51,906 nucleotides of DNA from Gemmatimonadales bacterium. GTDB taxonomy: Bacteria; Gemmatimonadota; Gemmatimonadetes; Gemmatimonadales; GWC2-71-9. Positions 8,879 to 16,503 of this stretch are shown here, one piece after another; the stretch's first letter is position 1, and the number at the start of each line of letters is the position of its first letter. Location of the stretch: contig JBDIWC010000029.1 of NCBI GenBank assembly GCA_039794085.1, positions 1 through 51,906 of the forward strand, given 5' to 3'. The translations under genes were made by a program, and so were the position numbers. Below the pieces are notes generated by a model, which was not told the DNA's origin, searched no databases, and saw only the letters and a list, made by a program, of their open reading frames with translations.

Positions 8879-10002
8879 TGCGAGTGTCGGCGATCCTGAC
8901 GGTGGGTGTCCTGCTCACCGGCGCCTCGGGCGCACCCCTCCACGGTCAGGAGCCGTGGAAGGCGAGCAACTATCCCTATCTGATTTCCAACGAGAACGAC
9001 GGTGTGCAGCTCGTGTTCCGGTACGAGGTGAGCAAGGCTGCGGACTACTTCGACCGCCACCCGCGGGCGGGAATCTTCTCGGTCGAGGGGGGGATCAGCG
9101 ACCGGGGGAGCCGCTTTGCCCGGGCCCGGTTCTTTGCTCCGCTGCTCACCCCGGGCTGGCGGTTCGACGGCGAGGCGTACGCCACGCGCGAGGCGCGGTT
9201 CGGCTTCTTCGATCAGGAAGGTGGCCTCCTCCCGCCGGGACCGGTGCCCGATCCTGACATCCGCGACCGGGTGAGGCGGACCCGCTACGGGTTCCGGAGC
9301 GAAGTGACCCGCCGGATCGTGGGGCCGCTGCAGGTGGCGGTGTCGGGGACGGTGGAGCAGGTCCGGTTCACCGACGTGTCGGGCCCGTCGGTGTTCGAGA
9401 ACGTAGTGCCGAGCGGCGAGGTGGAGCAGACGGATGTCCGGGGGCGGGTGGCGCTGGTGCTGGACGCCCGGGATAACGAGTTCGTCACAGCCACGGGGGT
9501 GTACGTCGAGGGCGGGGTCTACACCGGCACCGGGGCGGACGGGTATCATGGCGGCTACGGCATCATCAAGGGGTTTGTGTCGCCTCGGGAGGGGACGGTG
9601 ATCGCGGCGCGGGTGGCGGGCCGGAGCCTGGGCGGCGGGCCGACGCTCGACGCGCAGTACACCATTCCGGCCTGGGAAAACCCGATCACCGCACTCGGCG
9701 GGGTCGAATCCCACCGAAGTTTCGTGCGGGGGCGGTTCCGGGGGTCGAACGTGCTGTTTGGCGGGCTCGACCTCCGGCACGACCTGCTCAACGCCGGTGA
9801 CTTTGGTGCCGTGACCCTGCTCGGCTTCGTGGACGCGGGCCGGGTGTTCCGGGATGACTTCGAGCTCACGCTGGATGACATGGAGGTCGGGGGCGGGGGA
9901 GGGCTGGCCCTGCGGATCCTGCGAACGGCGGTGTTCGTGTTCAACTTTGCCGGCGGGCCGGATGGACTGACCTTCACGCTGGGGACGGGGTGGAGCTTCT
10001 GA
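8875..10002 (+). CDS. Omp85/BamA-family outer-membrane beta-barrel (no POTRA domains evident)
   Basis: Signal peptide, LDARDNEF, LGGVESHRSFVRGRF loop, FVDAGRVF, C-terminal GWSF. Confidence 0.8.
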   Translation: MMRVSAILTVGVLLTGASGAPLHGQEPWKASNYPYLISNENDGVQLVFRYEVSKAADYFDRHPRAGIFSVEGGISDRGSRFARARFFAPLLTPGWRFDGEAYATREARFGFFDQEGGLLPPGPVPDPDIRDRVRRTRYGFRSEVTRRIVGPLQVAVSGTVEQVRFTDVSGPSVFENVVPSGEVEQTDVRGRVALVLDARDNEFVTATGVYVEGGVYTGTGADGYHGGYGIIKGFVSPREGTVIAARVAGRSLGGGPTLDAQYTIPAWENPITALGGVESHRSFVRGRFRGSNVLFGGLDLRHDLLNAGDFGAVTLLGFVDAGRVFRDDFELTLDDMEVGGGGGLALRILRTAVFVFNFAGGPDGLTFTLGTGWSF

Positions 10003-10041
10003 GGTCGGTGAGGGGCCGGGATCCCCTGATTATGGGTGTGG

Positions 10042-10896
10042 TTACGAAGGCGCGGTACCCGAGACAGCCGCTTTAGCTGCTGCCGCTTCTTCCGCGGTTG
10101 GAACCGCCCGTGAGTCAGGAGACGTCTCGGCGGCTGCATGTACGGCGAAGTTCAAGGGTGCGCGTTTTGCATACACCAGCACTCTCTGATGGACGTCGGT
10201 GTCGACCACATGGCTCTTGGCAAACGCCCACACGCCGAAGCAATGAGCCTTCGTTGCATATGCGAGACCGAGGACAGTCAATTTGAGAATACCAGAGGAG
10301 AAGTGTGGATCCAATTGTATTCGCAGTGTACCCTCGCTGCCGGCCAAAATCCCGTAACGCTTGAGAATGGCTGGATTAGCATGCTTTGCCGCACTCAACT
10401 GTGAGAACGCCCTATACAGAGAGTCGACGTTTTTGACGGGCAGGTCGAGCAGGGTAATGGTGGCCTTTATCGCTGCCCGCACGTTCCAAGGCGTCTTGTT
10501 AAAATCCTCATGAGCGAACCATGTCGTAGCGCGTGATTCGGAGTCGCCAATGTACCCAATCGAGTAGGCTGCCTCGATCAGGGATGTGCCAAGCGCCCAA
10601 GCTTGAAGCAAGTATCCTGAGCGTGACAGGTTGACCATACACCGCAAATCATTCGACGCACGTACCAAGAGCAAGGACGCTGCGGCCGACGCGTTAGTTG
10701 CCTTTCCCTCGCACGCGCTCTGCGCCAGAAGGTCATGGACGAGCCTATCCCCTCGTCGGCAATTCGTCGAAAAGGGTAGCAACGCTTCGCGTACCAGTGG
10801 TCGGATTGCCTTCTCAGCCATTGTTCTTGTGCGGCCTGACAAGTGTGTACCTCGCAACGGTGGTATCGTGTGGTTTATGCTGCGTGCCCTCTGCAT
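10042..10896 (-). CDS. Hypothetical helical protein, possibly DUF5677/HEPN-like
   Basis: Visibly lower-GC ORF; L..SGY..QA..L..SLIE and LYRAFSQLSAAKHANP resemble DUF5677 from memory. Start uncertain. Confidence 0.5.
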   Translation of the reverse strand: MQRARSINHTIPPLRGTHLSGRTRTMAEKAIRPLVREALLPFSTNCRRGDRLVHDLLAQSACEGKATNASAAASLLLVRASNDLRCMVNLSRSGYLLQAWALGTSLIEAAYSIGYIGDSESRATTWFAHEDFNKTPWNVRAAIKATITLLDLPVKNVDSLYRAFSQLSAAKHANPAILKRYGILAGSEGTLRIQLDPHFSSGILKLTVLGLAYATKAHCFGVWAFAKSHVVDTDVHQRVLVYAKRAPLNFAVHAAAETSPDSRAVPTAEEAAAAKAAVSGTAPS

Positions 10897-11061
10897 CGGG
10901 GTTCCTCTTCACTGAAAAGGCGAGCAAGACAATAATAAGCGATCACAACACGGCGCTATTCCGAGCTTCGGGTGTTGAGTGCGCCCCATTCTGTACAAAG
11001 GGCTCCCGGGCTGCCCGCCCACCCGCGACATCTCCATCCCTTCGGGATGCCGACCTCTAAT

Positions 11062-11090
11062 TCACCAGCAGCAGAAGTGTTTTGTTAGGC
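11062..11090 (-). mobile_element. Truncated attC (R'' box and start of left arm)
   Basis: GCCTAACAAAACACTTCTGCTG about 50 bp downstream of the 11140 stop; no matching right arm found. Confidence 0.45.
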
Positions 11091-11139
11091 AGGTCACGAC
11101 GGCGAAGTCGTTGCCGCGCAGTTGAGACATAATATGCCT

Positions 11140-11628
11140 CTAGAGGAGTCCTGCATCTTCAAGAATGAACCTTGTCTCTTGCCGCCTCATCGCAATGTAG
11201 ACGTGAAGATACTTCTGCCGATATGCAGCATGCTCACCGGTCGCCATCGAATGAGCGTATGCTCGGAGGGCCTCGCAGCGATTGACGACCGCGACCAGTT
11301 GATTGCGAGAGGCGACGGACTCGGGCGCGGGGTCGGTGTTGCGGCCGGTACCAGCGTCACGTTGACGGGCTAGAATTGCGTGAGCATCCTTGCCTTCTTG
11401 GACAAGTCGCTCCAACGTGCTGGCGGCATCCGAGTAGTTGGGGGATCGAATGCGCGCCCAGAGACGCCCGAACGCGAAACGAGAAAGTGAGGCGTAGATC
11501 GCCTTGTCGATGGCGTCGCATTCGGCAGAGGTAAAAAGGCGGAAGTTGCCTATCGCGATGCGTTGGGCTACATCCGGTGCCTCTCCGTGCTGCCGGATAC
11601 GTTGCGCGATGTTGTCTCTGAGGGTCAT
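11140..11628 (-). CDS. Hypothetical protein (candidate gene cassette)
   Basis: 162-aa ATG ORF in the lower-GC tract, between attC-like remnants. Confidence 0.55.
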   Translation of the reverse strand: MTLRDNIAQRIRQHGEAPDVAQRIAIGNFRLFTSAECDAIDKAIYASLSRFAFGRLWARIRSPNYSDAASTLERLVQEGKDAHAILARQRDAGTGRNTDPAPESVASRNQLVAVVNRCEALRAYAHSMATGEHAAYRQKYLHVYIAMRRQETRFILEDAGLL

Positions 11629-11788
11629 CGGTGTCCAGCCTGCAGTGCGTGTCTAAACCTCAGTCCCATCGTGAGCATACAGGTCGCCTCTGTGTCACGG
11701 TCACGGCGCGTTACGAGAGAAGGTGGTTTGGCACAGCCAAACGCATCTTCAGAGTGGCCACGGGGCGCATCCCGGGGTCCGCAGCCAG

Positions 11789-11830
11789 TCAACCCTCGTC
11801 CATGTGCCGAAACGCGATCTTGTATTTCAT
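11789..11830 (-). pseudogene. HicB-type antitoxin N-terminal remnant
   Basis: AGGAGG RBS then MKYKIAFRHMDEG-stop, resembling HicB N-termini (MKYKI...EGY). Confidence 0.5.
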
Positions 11831-11917
11831 CCGCAGGTCCTCCTGCTCAGAGAATAGCCCGTATGGTCGCATCGCCGAAGTCGTGCCGCGGCGGCGCGCA
11901 ATGGAAGCCCGTGCCCG

Positions 11918-12171
11918 TCAGTCCCCCGTGGCGCGTGTGCGCCGAGTTGGTCTCTTCGGGGGCGGCCACGCCGAGATCACCGAGCGCAGCAATTGGTTCA
12001 CGGACTCGGAGGAATGGAACACTTGGGCCCATCGGGATCGAGAACGACCGCAACCACGTCCGCGCCCATTCGAGCAGCGAACCGGTTGGGCCTGGCCTTG
12101 CTGTAATCGAACCGGTACTCCTCGCCGAGTTCATCACCAGATTGTGGCTTCTTCTCCTCGCGCTGTGTCAT
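11918..12171 (-). pseudogene. BrnA-like antitoxin, frameshifted
   Basis: MTQREEKKPQSGDELGEEYRFDYSKARPNRFAARMGADVVAVVLDPD continues as (V)AQVFHSSESVNQLLRSVI after adding 1 nt near 12030. Confidence 0.75.
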
Positions 12172-12213
12172 GGTTCTTCCCCGGGCCGGGAGCGGTCTGC
12201 CTCAGTATTCACT

Positions 12214-12480
12214 TCACTTCTTTGTTGTTGCCCGTTTCGCCCGGGGGCGGGCCGACCTGGGTGGGCCAACCTGGTCAGCAACAGCCGCGAGTGAGCGCAA
12301 TGCTTCGTTCACGGCTTCCGCCGTAGGGAATCGGGCGGCCACATCCGGGGCGAGGACGACGATGTTAGTCCCGAGCGCATAGCGTTGGGCCGTGACACCG
12401 CGAACGGCTTTCGCGAAGTCGTAGTGAGGGCGCATGGTATCGCGGTCGGGATCCAACCGGGGGGTCTTAGGCTTCGTCAT
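12214..12480 (-). CDS. BrnA-like antitoxin
   Basis: MRPHYDFAKAVRG...VVLAPDVAARFPTAEAVNEALRSL; lies downstream of the BrnT remnant. Confidence 0.75.
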   Translation of the reverse strand: MTKPKTPRLDPDRDTMRPHYDFAKAVRGVTAQRYALGTNIVVLAPDVAARFPTAEAVNEALRSLAAVADQVGPPRSARPRAKRATTKK

Positions 12481-12542
12481 ATAGGTGTCGTTCACCGGTT
12501 TGACCGATCCTTCGCCGGATCCCATTCAAACTCGTACCCCAT
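12467..12542 (-). pseudogene. brnT: BrnT toxin with large internal deletion
   Basis: MGYEFEWDPAKDRSNR (BrnT N-terminal motif) joined out of frame to GERHLYDEA-stop (BrnT C-terminal motif), overlapping the antitoxin start. Confidence 0.75.
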
Positions 12543-12684
12543 CGGGCAAATCTAGCCAAACGCGGATGCTCGCGCGAATACGGCCAATCTGTCAATCGGT
12601 TGGAGGACCTTACCACCTTGGAGATATGCCCGCAAGATATGCTACCCATCCTCCCTTGGGGCCCAGGACGGGCCGTTTGTGTGC

Positions 12685-12704
12685 GGGCCGTTCGCGGGAA
12701 TGAC
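12685..12704. repeat. Chimeric REP half-sites
   Basis: GGGCCGTTCGCG (left arm of the 38989/40574 REP) fused to CGCGGGAATGAC (right arm of the 3542 REP). Confidence 0.7.
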
Positions 12705-12740
12705 GGGCCATGGTGGTCCGTCAGATGAAACAGGGTGTCC

Positions 12741-13397
12741 CTAGGGCGCGCCCCACGCCAACTCGAGTCCGCCGGCGCCCAAGGAGGTACAGTGAAGCGC
12801 GCCAAGGGACGTGATCACCGCGTTTGCCCCTGCCAGACGACCATCGGGGTAGGTCCCGCGGATCGCGAGGACGGTCATCCCGGCCGCGAGCCCCGCCTCC
12901 ACGCCCGCAGGGGTGTCCTCGAGCACTACGCAACCAGACGGGGGAACCCCAAGTACTGCGGCTGCGCGGAGATAGCCCTCGGGCGCGGGCTTGCCTTCGC
13001 GGACATCCGCGCCGGTGATGAGAAGCGGCGGCTCGGGTACCTGCCCGAGGCGGAGCCGGAGGCGAGCGACGGCGGGGCTTCCCGAGGTGACAACCGCCCA
13101 GCGTGACACGGGGATGTTCGCCAGCAAATTACGGGCGCCCGGGACGATCTCCACGCCGCGATGCTCGGCCTCCTCCAGTGCGTCGAGCACGGCAACCTCA
13201 GTGGGAATGTCGAGGCCCGGTGTCACGTCGCGCAGCGTTTCGCTGGCCCGGCGGCCGTGTGCGACCCGAAGGATGGTCGCAGGGTCGAGGTGGTGCCGCC
13301 TCGCCCAGGTATCCCACACGAGTTCGATACATCGCCGGGAGTCCACCAGGACGCCGTCGAGGTCGAACAGGATGGCGTGACATCGGATATTCGGGAT
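12741..13397 (-). CDS. HAD-superfamily sugar phosphatase (YfbT-like)
   Basis: ILFDLDGVLVDS motif I upstream of the listed GTG, WAVVTSG, GKPAPEGY, LEDTPAG. The only RBS-positioned codon is ATC at 13397. Confidence 0.85.
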   Translation of the reverse strand: MPNIRCHAILFDLDGVLVDSRRCIELVWDTWARRHHLDPATILRVAHGRRASETLRDVTPGLDIPTEVAVLDALEEAEHRGVEIVPGARNLLANIPVSRWAVVTSGSPAVARLRLRLGQVPEPPLLITGADVREGKPAPEGYLRAAAVLGVPPSGCVVLEDTPAGVEAGLAAGMTVLAIRGTYPDGRLAGANAVITSLGALHCTSLGAGGLELAWGAP

Positions 13398-13542
13398 GGT
13401 GTTGCCTCCAGGACGCTACTCAGTCGTCAGTCCCGTGCGAGCCGCTTCGCCGGAGAACGGGTCGGCCTGGGTCGGCGGACCTGGTCAGGGACCGCCAACG
13501 TCAGGACGAACTGGAACGTCCAGTTGTGGCGGTGCTAACGGG

Positions 13543-13890
13543 TTACTCGCAGCGCAGCTCCTGAAGAATACTCCGCACCTCGGACTCCAGGAGTGGAAGG
13601 TCCTTCTTCACCATGTCCCATGTCATCTCGAGATCAACGTGGAAGTATTCATGGATCAAGATATCTCGTGCACCGGCGATGTCGCGCCAGGGAACGGTCG
13701 TGTGTCTCGCCCGGATATGGTCCGGAACGCCCTTCACCGCCTCTCCGATAATCTCCAAGCGACGGATCACCGAATCTTGCTTTTCGACGTTCGCGGCAAA
13801 CGCGTCGAAATCCAGATCTTCCGTGTAGTCGCGAAGAAGGTCGATGGCGTGGAGGATCTCGCCGAGGAGGATATCAACGCCTCGGCTCAT
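13543..13890 (-). CDS. HepT-like (DUF86) HEPN ribonuclease toxin
   Basis: RRLEIIGEAVK, VPWRDIAGARDILIHEY with an intact RxxxxH motif. Confidence 0.92.
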   Translation of the reverse strand: MSRGVDILLGEILHAIDLLRDYTEDLDFDAFAANVEKQDSVIRRLEIIGEAVKGVPDHIRARHTTVPWRDIAGARDILIHEYFHVDLEMTWDMVKKDLPLLESEVRSILQELRCE

Positions 13891-14174
13891 AGCAGCGGAA
13901 CCAGTTCCCTCAGGATGTGGTCTCGCAGCCTGGGGTGGAGCGAGCCTCGGGTCGCAACGTCGACATCTCGGCCGAGGATCTCGCACAGGTCCAAATGAAG
14001 CCCGGAGAGGTCAACAAGCGTCCGGCCCTTTTCGAACTCCACGAGGAAGTCGACGTCACTGCCGGCCGTGGCTTCGCCCCGCGCGACCGAGCCGAAGATG
14101 CTCGCTCGGACCACGCCACGCCGTGACATCGGCGCGGCGACCTTTTGGCGGATCTCAGCGATGGTCGGAGTCAT
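13887..14174 (-). CDS. Minimal nucleotidyltransferase (MntA-type) antitoxin
   Basis: IFGSVARGEATAGSDVDFLVEF motif; ATGA overlap with the HEPN gene. Confidence 0.92.
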   Translation of the reverse strand: MTPTIAEIRQKVAAPMSRRGVVRASIFGSVARGEATAGSDVDFLVEFEKGRTLVDLSGLHLDLCEILGRDVDVATRGSLHPRLRDHILRELVPLL

Positions 14175-14184
14175 GGCCTGGAAT

Positions 14185-14716
14185 CTATTCTGGCCGTCGT
14201 CCCAACCCAACACCCCGGAGCCGGACGAGCCATCGAACAGGCCCGGCCCAGAGTGCGGCTTGGGCTTCCTCGGGGTTCAGCCGACTGGTGTGGATAATCG
14301 TCGTTCTCACGTCGCGGTGGGTCCCGCGGACCGCGAGGACGGTAACCACGCAATCAGAAGGGGGGTGCCCAAGTACCTCGGCTGCACGGAGATAGCTCTC
14401 TGGCGCGGGCTTGCCCTGGCGGACGTCTGCCCCCGTGATGAGAAGCGGCGGCTCGGGTATCTGCCCCAAGCGAAGCCGGAGGCACGCGACGGCCGGGCTT
14501 CCCGAGGTGACCACCGCCCACCGTGACACAGGGATGTCCGCCACCAGCTCACGGGCGCTCGGGACGATCTCCACGCCCCGATGCTCGGCCTCCTCCAGGG
14601 CGTCGAGCATGGCAACCTCCGTGGGGATGTCGAGGTCGGGTGCGATATCACGCACCTCTTCGCTGGCCCGGCGGCCGTGTGGGACCCGAAGGATGGTCGC
14701 AGGGTCGAGGTGGTGA
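14185..14716 (-). pseudogene. Degenerate second copy of the HAD phosphatase
   Basis: High nucleotide similarity to about 12850..13295; lacks motif I and has an in-frame loss of LEDTPAGVEAGLAAGM. Confidence 0.9.
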
Positions 14717-14800
14717 TGACGCCATGCGGATCAGCGGAATCCCTCCGCCAAGCGGTACCCCGCCAGCCTCAGAGGGGGGTGAGGCCACCCATCGTCGCCG

Positions 14801-15322
14801 TCACGGGGGCAGGGAACTAGGCGGGGGCCGATCCGGCAGTGGGATACGGAAATACCGATGAATGCGCCATACTCCGTCCGGCTCCCGGCGCCATTGCATC
14901 ACGAACCTGCCGTGCTGCGCACTCTCTGGCTGGCCCGGAAAGCGGAGGTGCTCGAAATAGGAGCCCCAAACAAGGGCCATGTTGCCAAACACTTCCACCG
15001 TGTCGGCCGTTGCGATGGCAGAATCGACCTGGACGCCGGGGAAGGAGCCGATGAACGCCCGGATGGAGTCGCGCGTGACGATGGGAAAGATGCCGGGTTC
15101 GAAAAGCGTTCCTCCCGCTGTAAAGAACGCGGCGCTGGCATTCGCATCGACTGCGCGTGCCGCCACCGTGTACCCATCGAGCTGCCGCCGAATGTCGCGC
15201 TCCGCGGTGGCGTCCTCGGCGGGCGCCGTATCCTTTGCGCCGGACGTACACGCCTGCAGAAAAAGCGTGGCGCCGAGAAACGCCGCCAGGTAGGGCAGCG
15301 AGTCATGCCGGTGCGTACTCAA
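14801..15322 (-). CDS. NTF2/SnoaL-like (DUF4440) lipoprotein
   Basis: LFLQAC lipobox; GRFVMQWRREPDGVWRI C-terminal motif. Confidence 0.8.
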   Translation of the reverse strand: MSTHRHDSLPYLAAFLGATLFLQACTSGAKDTAPAEDATAERDIRRQLDGYTVAARAVDANASAAFFTAGGTLFEPGIFPIVTRDSIRAFIGSFPGVQVDSAIATADTVEVFGNMALVWGSYFEHLRFPGQPESAQHGRFVMQWRREPDGVWRIHRYFRIPLPDRPPPSSLPP

Positions 15323-15815
15323 GGGACACCGTGCCTGTCTTGGGATAGATGCGGGAGTTCACGAGTCTGAGTTTGATCTGCTTGGCTGGGTGGGGGAGCA
15401 ACGGAATTCCTCCGCCGAGTAGTACGGGGATCACCGCAAGCTCGACCGAGTCAACGAGCCGCAGTTCAAGCATGCTGCGGAACAACTCACCGCCTCCGAA
15501 TAGCCACATGTCCTTTCCATCCGACCGTTTGAGATCCGCCACTGTCTCCCTCAGGGTGCTGGAGACGGTCACTTCAGGACAGTCCTCCTGGCGTAGTGTG
15601 TGCGAAAAAACGTAGGCTTGCATGCCAGGCATGCCACCCCCACCCTGTTGCCGTGTCGCCTCGTAGGTCTTTCGGCCGAGCAGAACGGTGTCGAATGCGC
15701 CCATCAGCGCGCCAAAGTCAATGTCCGGGTCCATGACGATCCAGTCGTACTCGCCGTTCGGCCCGGCGATGTACCCGTCAAGGCTCACGGCCACCGAAAA
15801 CCGAACTCTTTTCAT
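15303..15815 (-). CDS. Dihydrofolate reductase-like / RibD C-terminal domain protein
   Basis: VAVSLDGYIAGPNG, LLGRKTYE, WLFGGGELF, IPVLLGGGIPL; starts 18 bp after the attC R' box. Confidence 0.9.
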   Translation of the reverse strand: MKRVRFSVAVSLDGYIAGPNGEYDWIVMDPDIDFGALMGAFDTVLLGRKTYEATRQQGGGGMPGMQAYVFSHTLRQEDCPEVTVSSTLRETVADLKRSDGKDMWLFGGGELFRSMLELRLVDSVELAVIPVLLGGGIPLLPHPAKQIKLRLVNSRIYPKTGTVSLEYAPA

Positions 15816-15833
15816 GGGTGGGTCCTCTCGTCT

Positions 15834-15901
15834 GCCCAACGTTTCCTGTCGCTCACCTGCGGCGCCGCAGGCGGCCGTCAGGTGCGGTCTGTTCGTTAGA
15901 C
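15834..15901 (-). mobile_element. Integron attC site (68 bp)
   Basis: Minus strand GTCTAAC-gaacagacc-GCACCTGACGGC-cgcctgcggc-GCCGCAGGTGAGC-gacaggaaac-GTTGGGC. RYYYAAC/GTTRRRY boxes and an imperfect stem with extrahelical bases. Confidence 0.85.
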
Positions 15902-15916
15902 CGGAATCCCGTGAAC

Positions 15917-16109
15917 TCACTTTCCCAGCTCCGGCACCGAGAGTCCGCGGCAGACCTTTTCGGGCGAGCCCATCGGGGATTTCGGTGTGCCAAGGAACCG
16001 CCTCGACCTCACCCGTTTCAGGGTTGGTCGACAGAGAATGGGACCGCCCCTCCCGCTTCAGATAGCACCCATGGATTCGAAGATGCCGGAGGAGCGCCGC
16101 TCGCTTCAC
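15917..16109 (-). pseudogene. hicA: HicA-type toxin, frameshifted
   Basis: MKRAALLRHLRIHGCYLKREGRSHS...VPWHTEIPDGLARK; removing one A at 15957..15960 restores VCRGLSVPELGK-stop. Confidence 0.8.
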
Positions 16110-16204
16110 TCAAGTACCAGGATCTCACGTTCCGCATCGTCCGGCACTCCCCAGAGGCCGTCCTCCCGGCGGTCCTCGAGGATCAACCTGACGGCCTCGA
16201 CGAT
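16106..16204 (-). pseudogene. hicB: HicB-type antitoxin C-terminal remnant
   Basis: IVEAVRLILEDRREDGLWGVPDDAEREILVLE overlapping the hicA start; the N-terminal half is replaced by a GTAG-REP-like fragment. Confidence 0.7.
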
Positions 16205-16261
16205 TCCGCCGCGCGGCGGGGTCGACCCTACCCCTCGGTTCCAGGCACGGACACCCGTCAT

Positions 16262-16414
16262 GTCCCTGTGCGTCCCTGTGCCTTTGCGTTGAGTCCCCGC
16301 CTTCTCGACGATGGGCCCCGATTCCCAATCCAGAAATCCCAGCCTTGGCCGTAGTGACGTTCCGATGTACACTCTGGACCCGGCTCTTCTTCGCGCCTTC
16401 GCGTCTTCGCGTGA
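16262..16414. repeat. Cluster of short degenerate 8-mer arrays
   Basis: gtccctgtgcgtccctgtgcctttgcgttgag (same end as the 3413/40533 element) and cttcgcgc cttcgcgt cttcgcgt ga. Confidence 0.75.
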
Positions 16415-16454
16415 GTCCCCTACACAATCCCTGGGCGTTCTCCTGCGCCTCGGT

Positions 16455-16503
16455 CTTCACACTTCGAACTTCGTACTTCACACTTCGAACTTCACACTTC
16501 AGT
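16455..16503. repeat. Heptamer tandem array (CTTCACA/CTTCGAA), 7 units
   Basis: The last unit contains the TGA stop of the 16499 hydrolase. Confidence 0.95.

Noticed and set aside
10943..10981. attC-like ACTCAAC...GTTGTGA on the minus strand
   Set aside because: Too short and without a convincing L-box stem.
13490..13550. attC after the HEPN gene
   Set aside because: GTTAGC and GTTGGCG are present, but there is no proper RYYYAAC-paired stem of adequate length.
15303..15815. Trimethoprim-resistance dfr gene
   Set aside because: The sequence fits the RibD_C/DHFR-like family rather than DfrA or DfrB, so resistance cannot be inferred.
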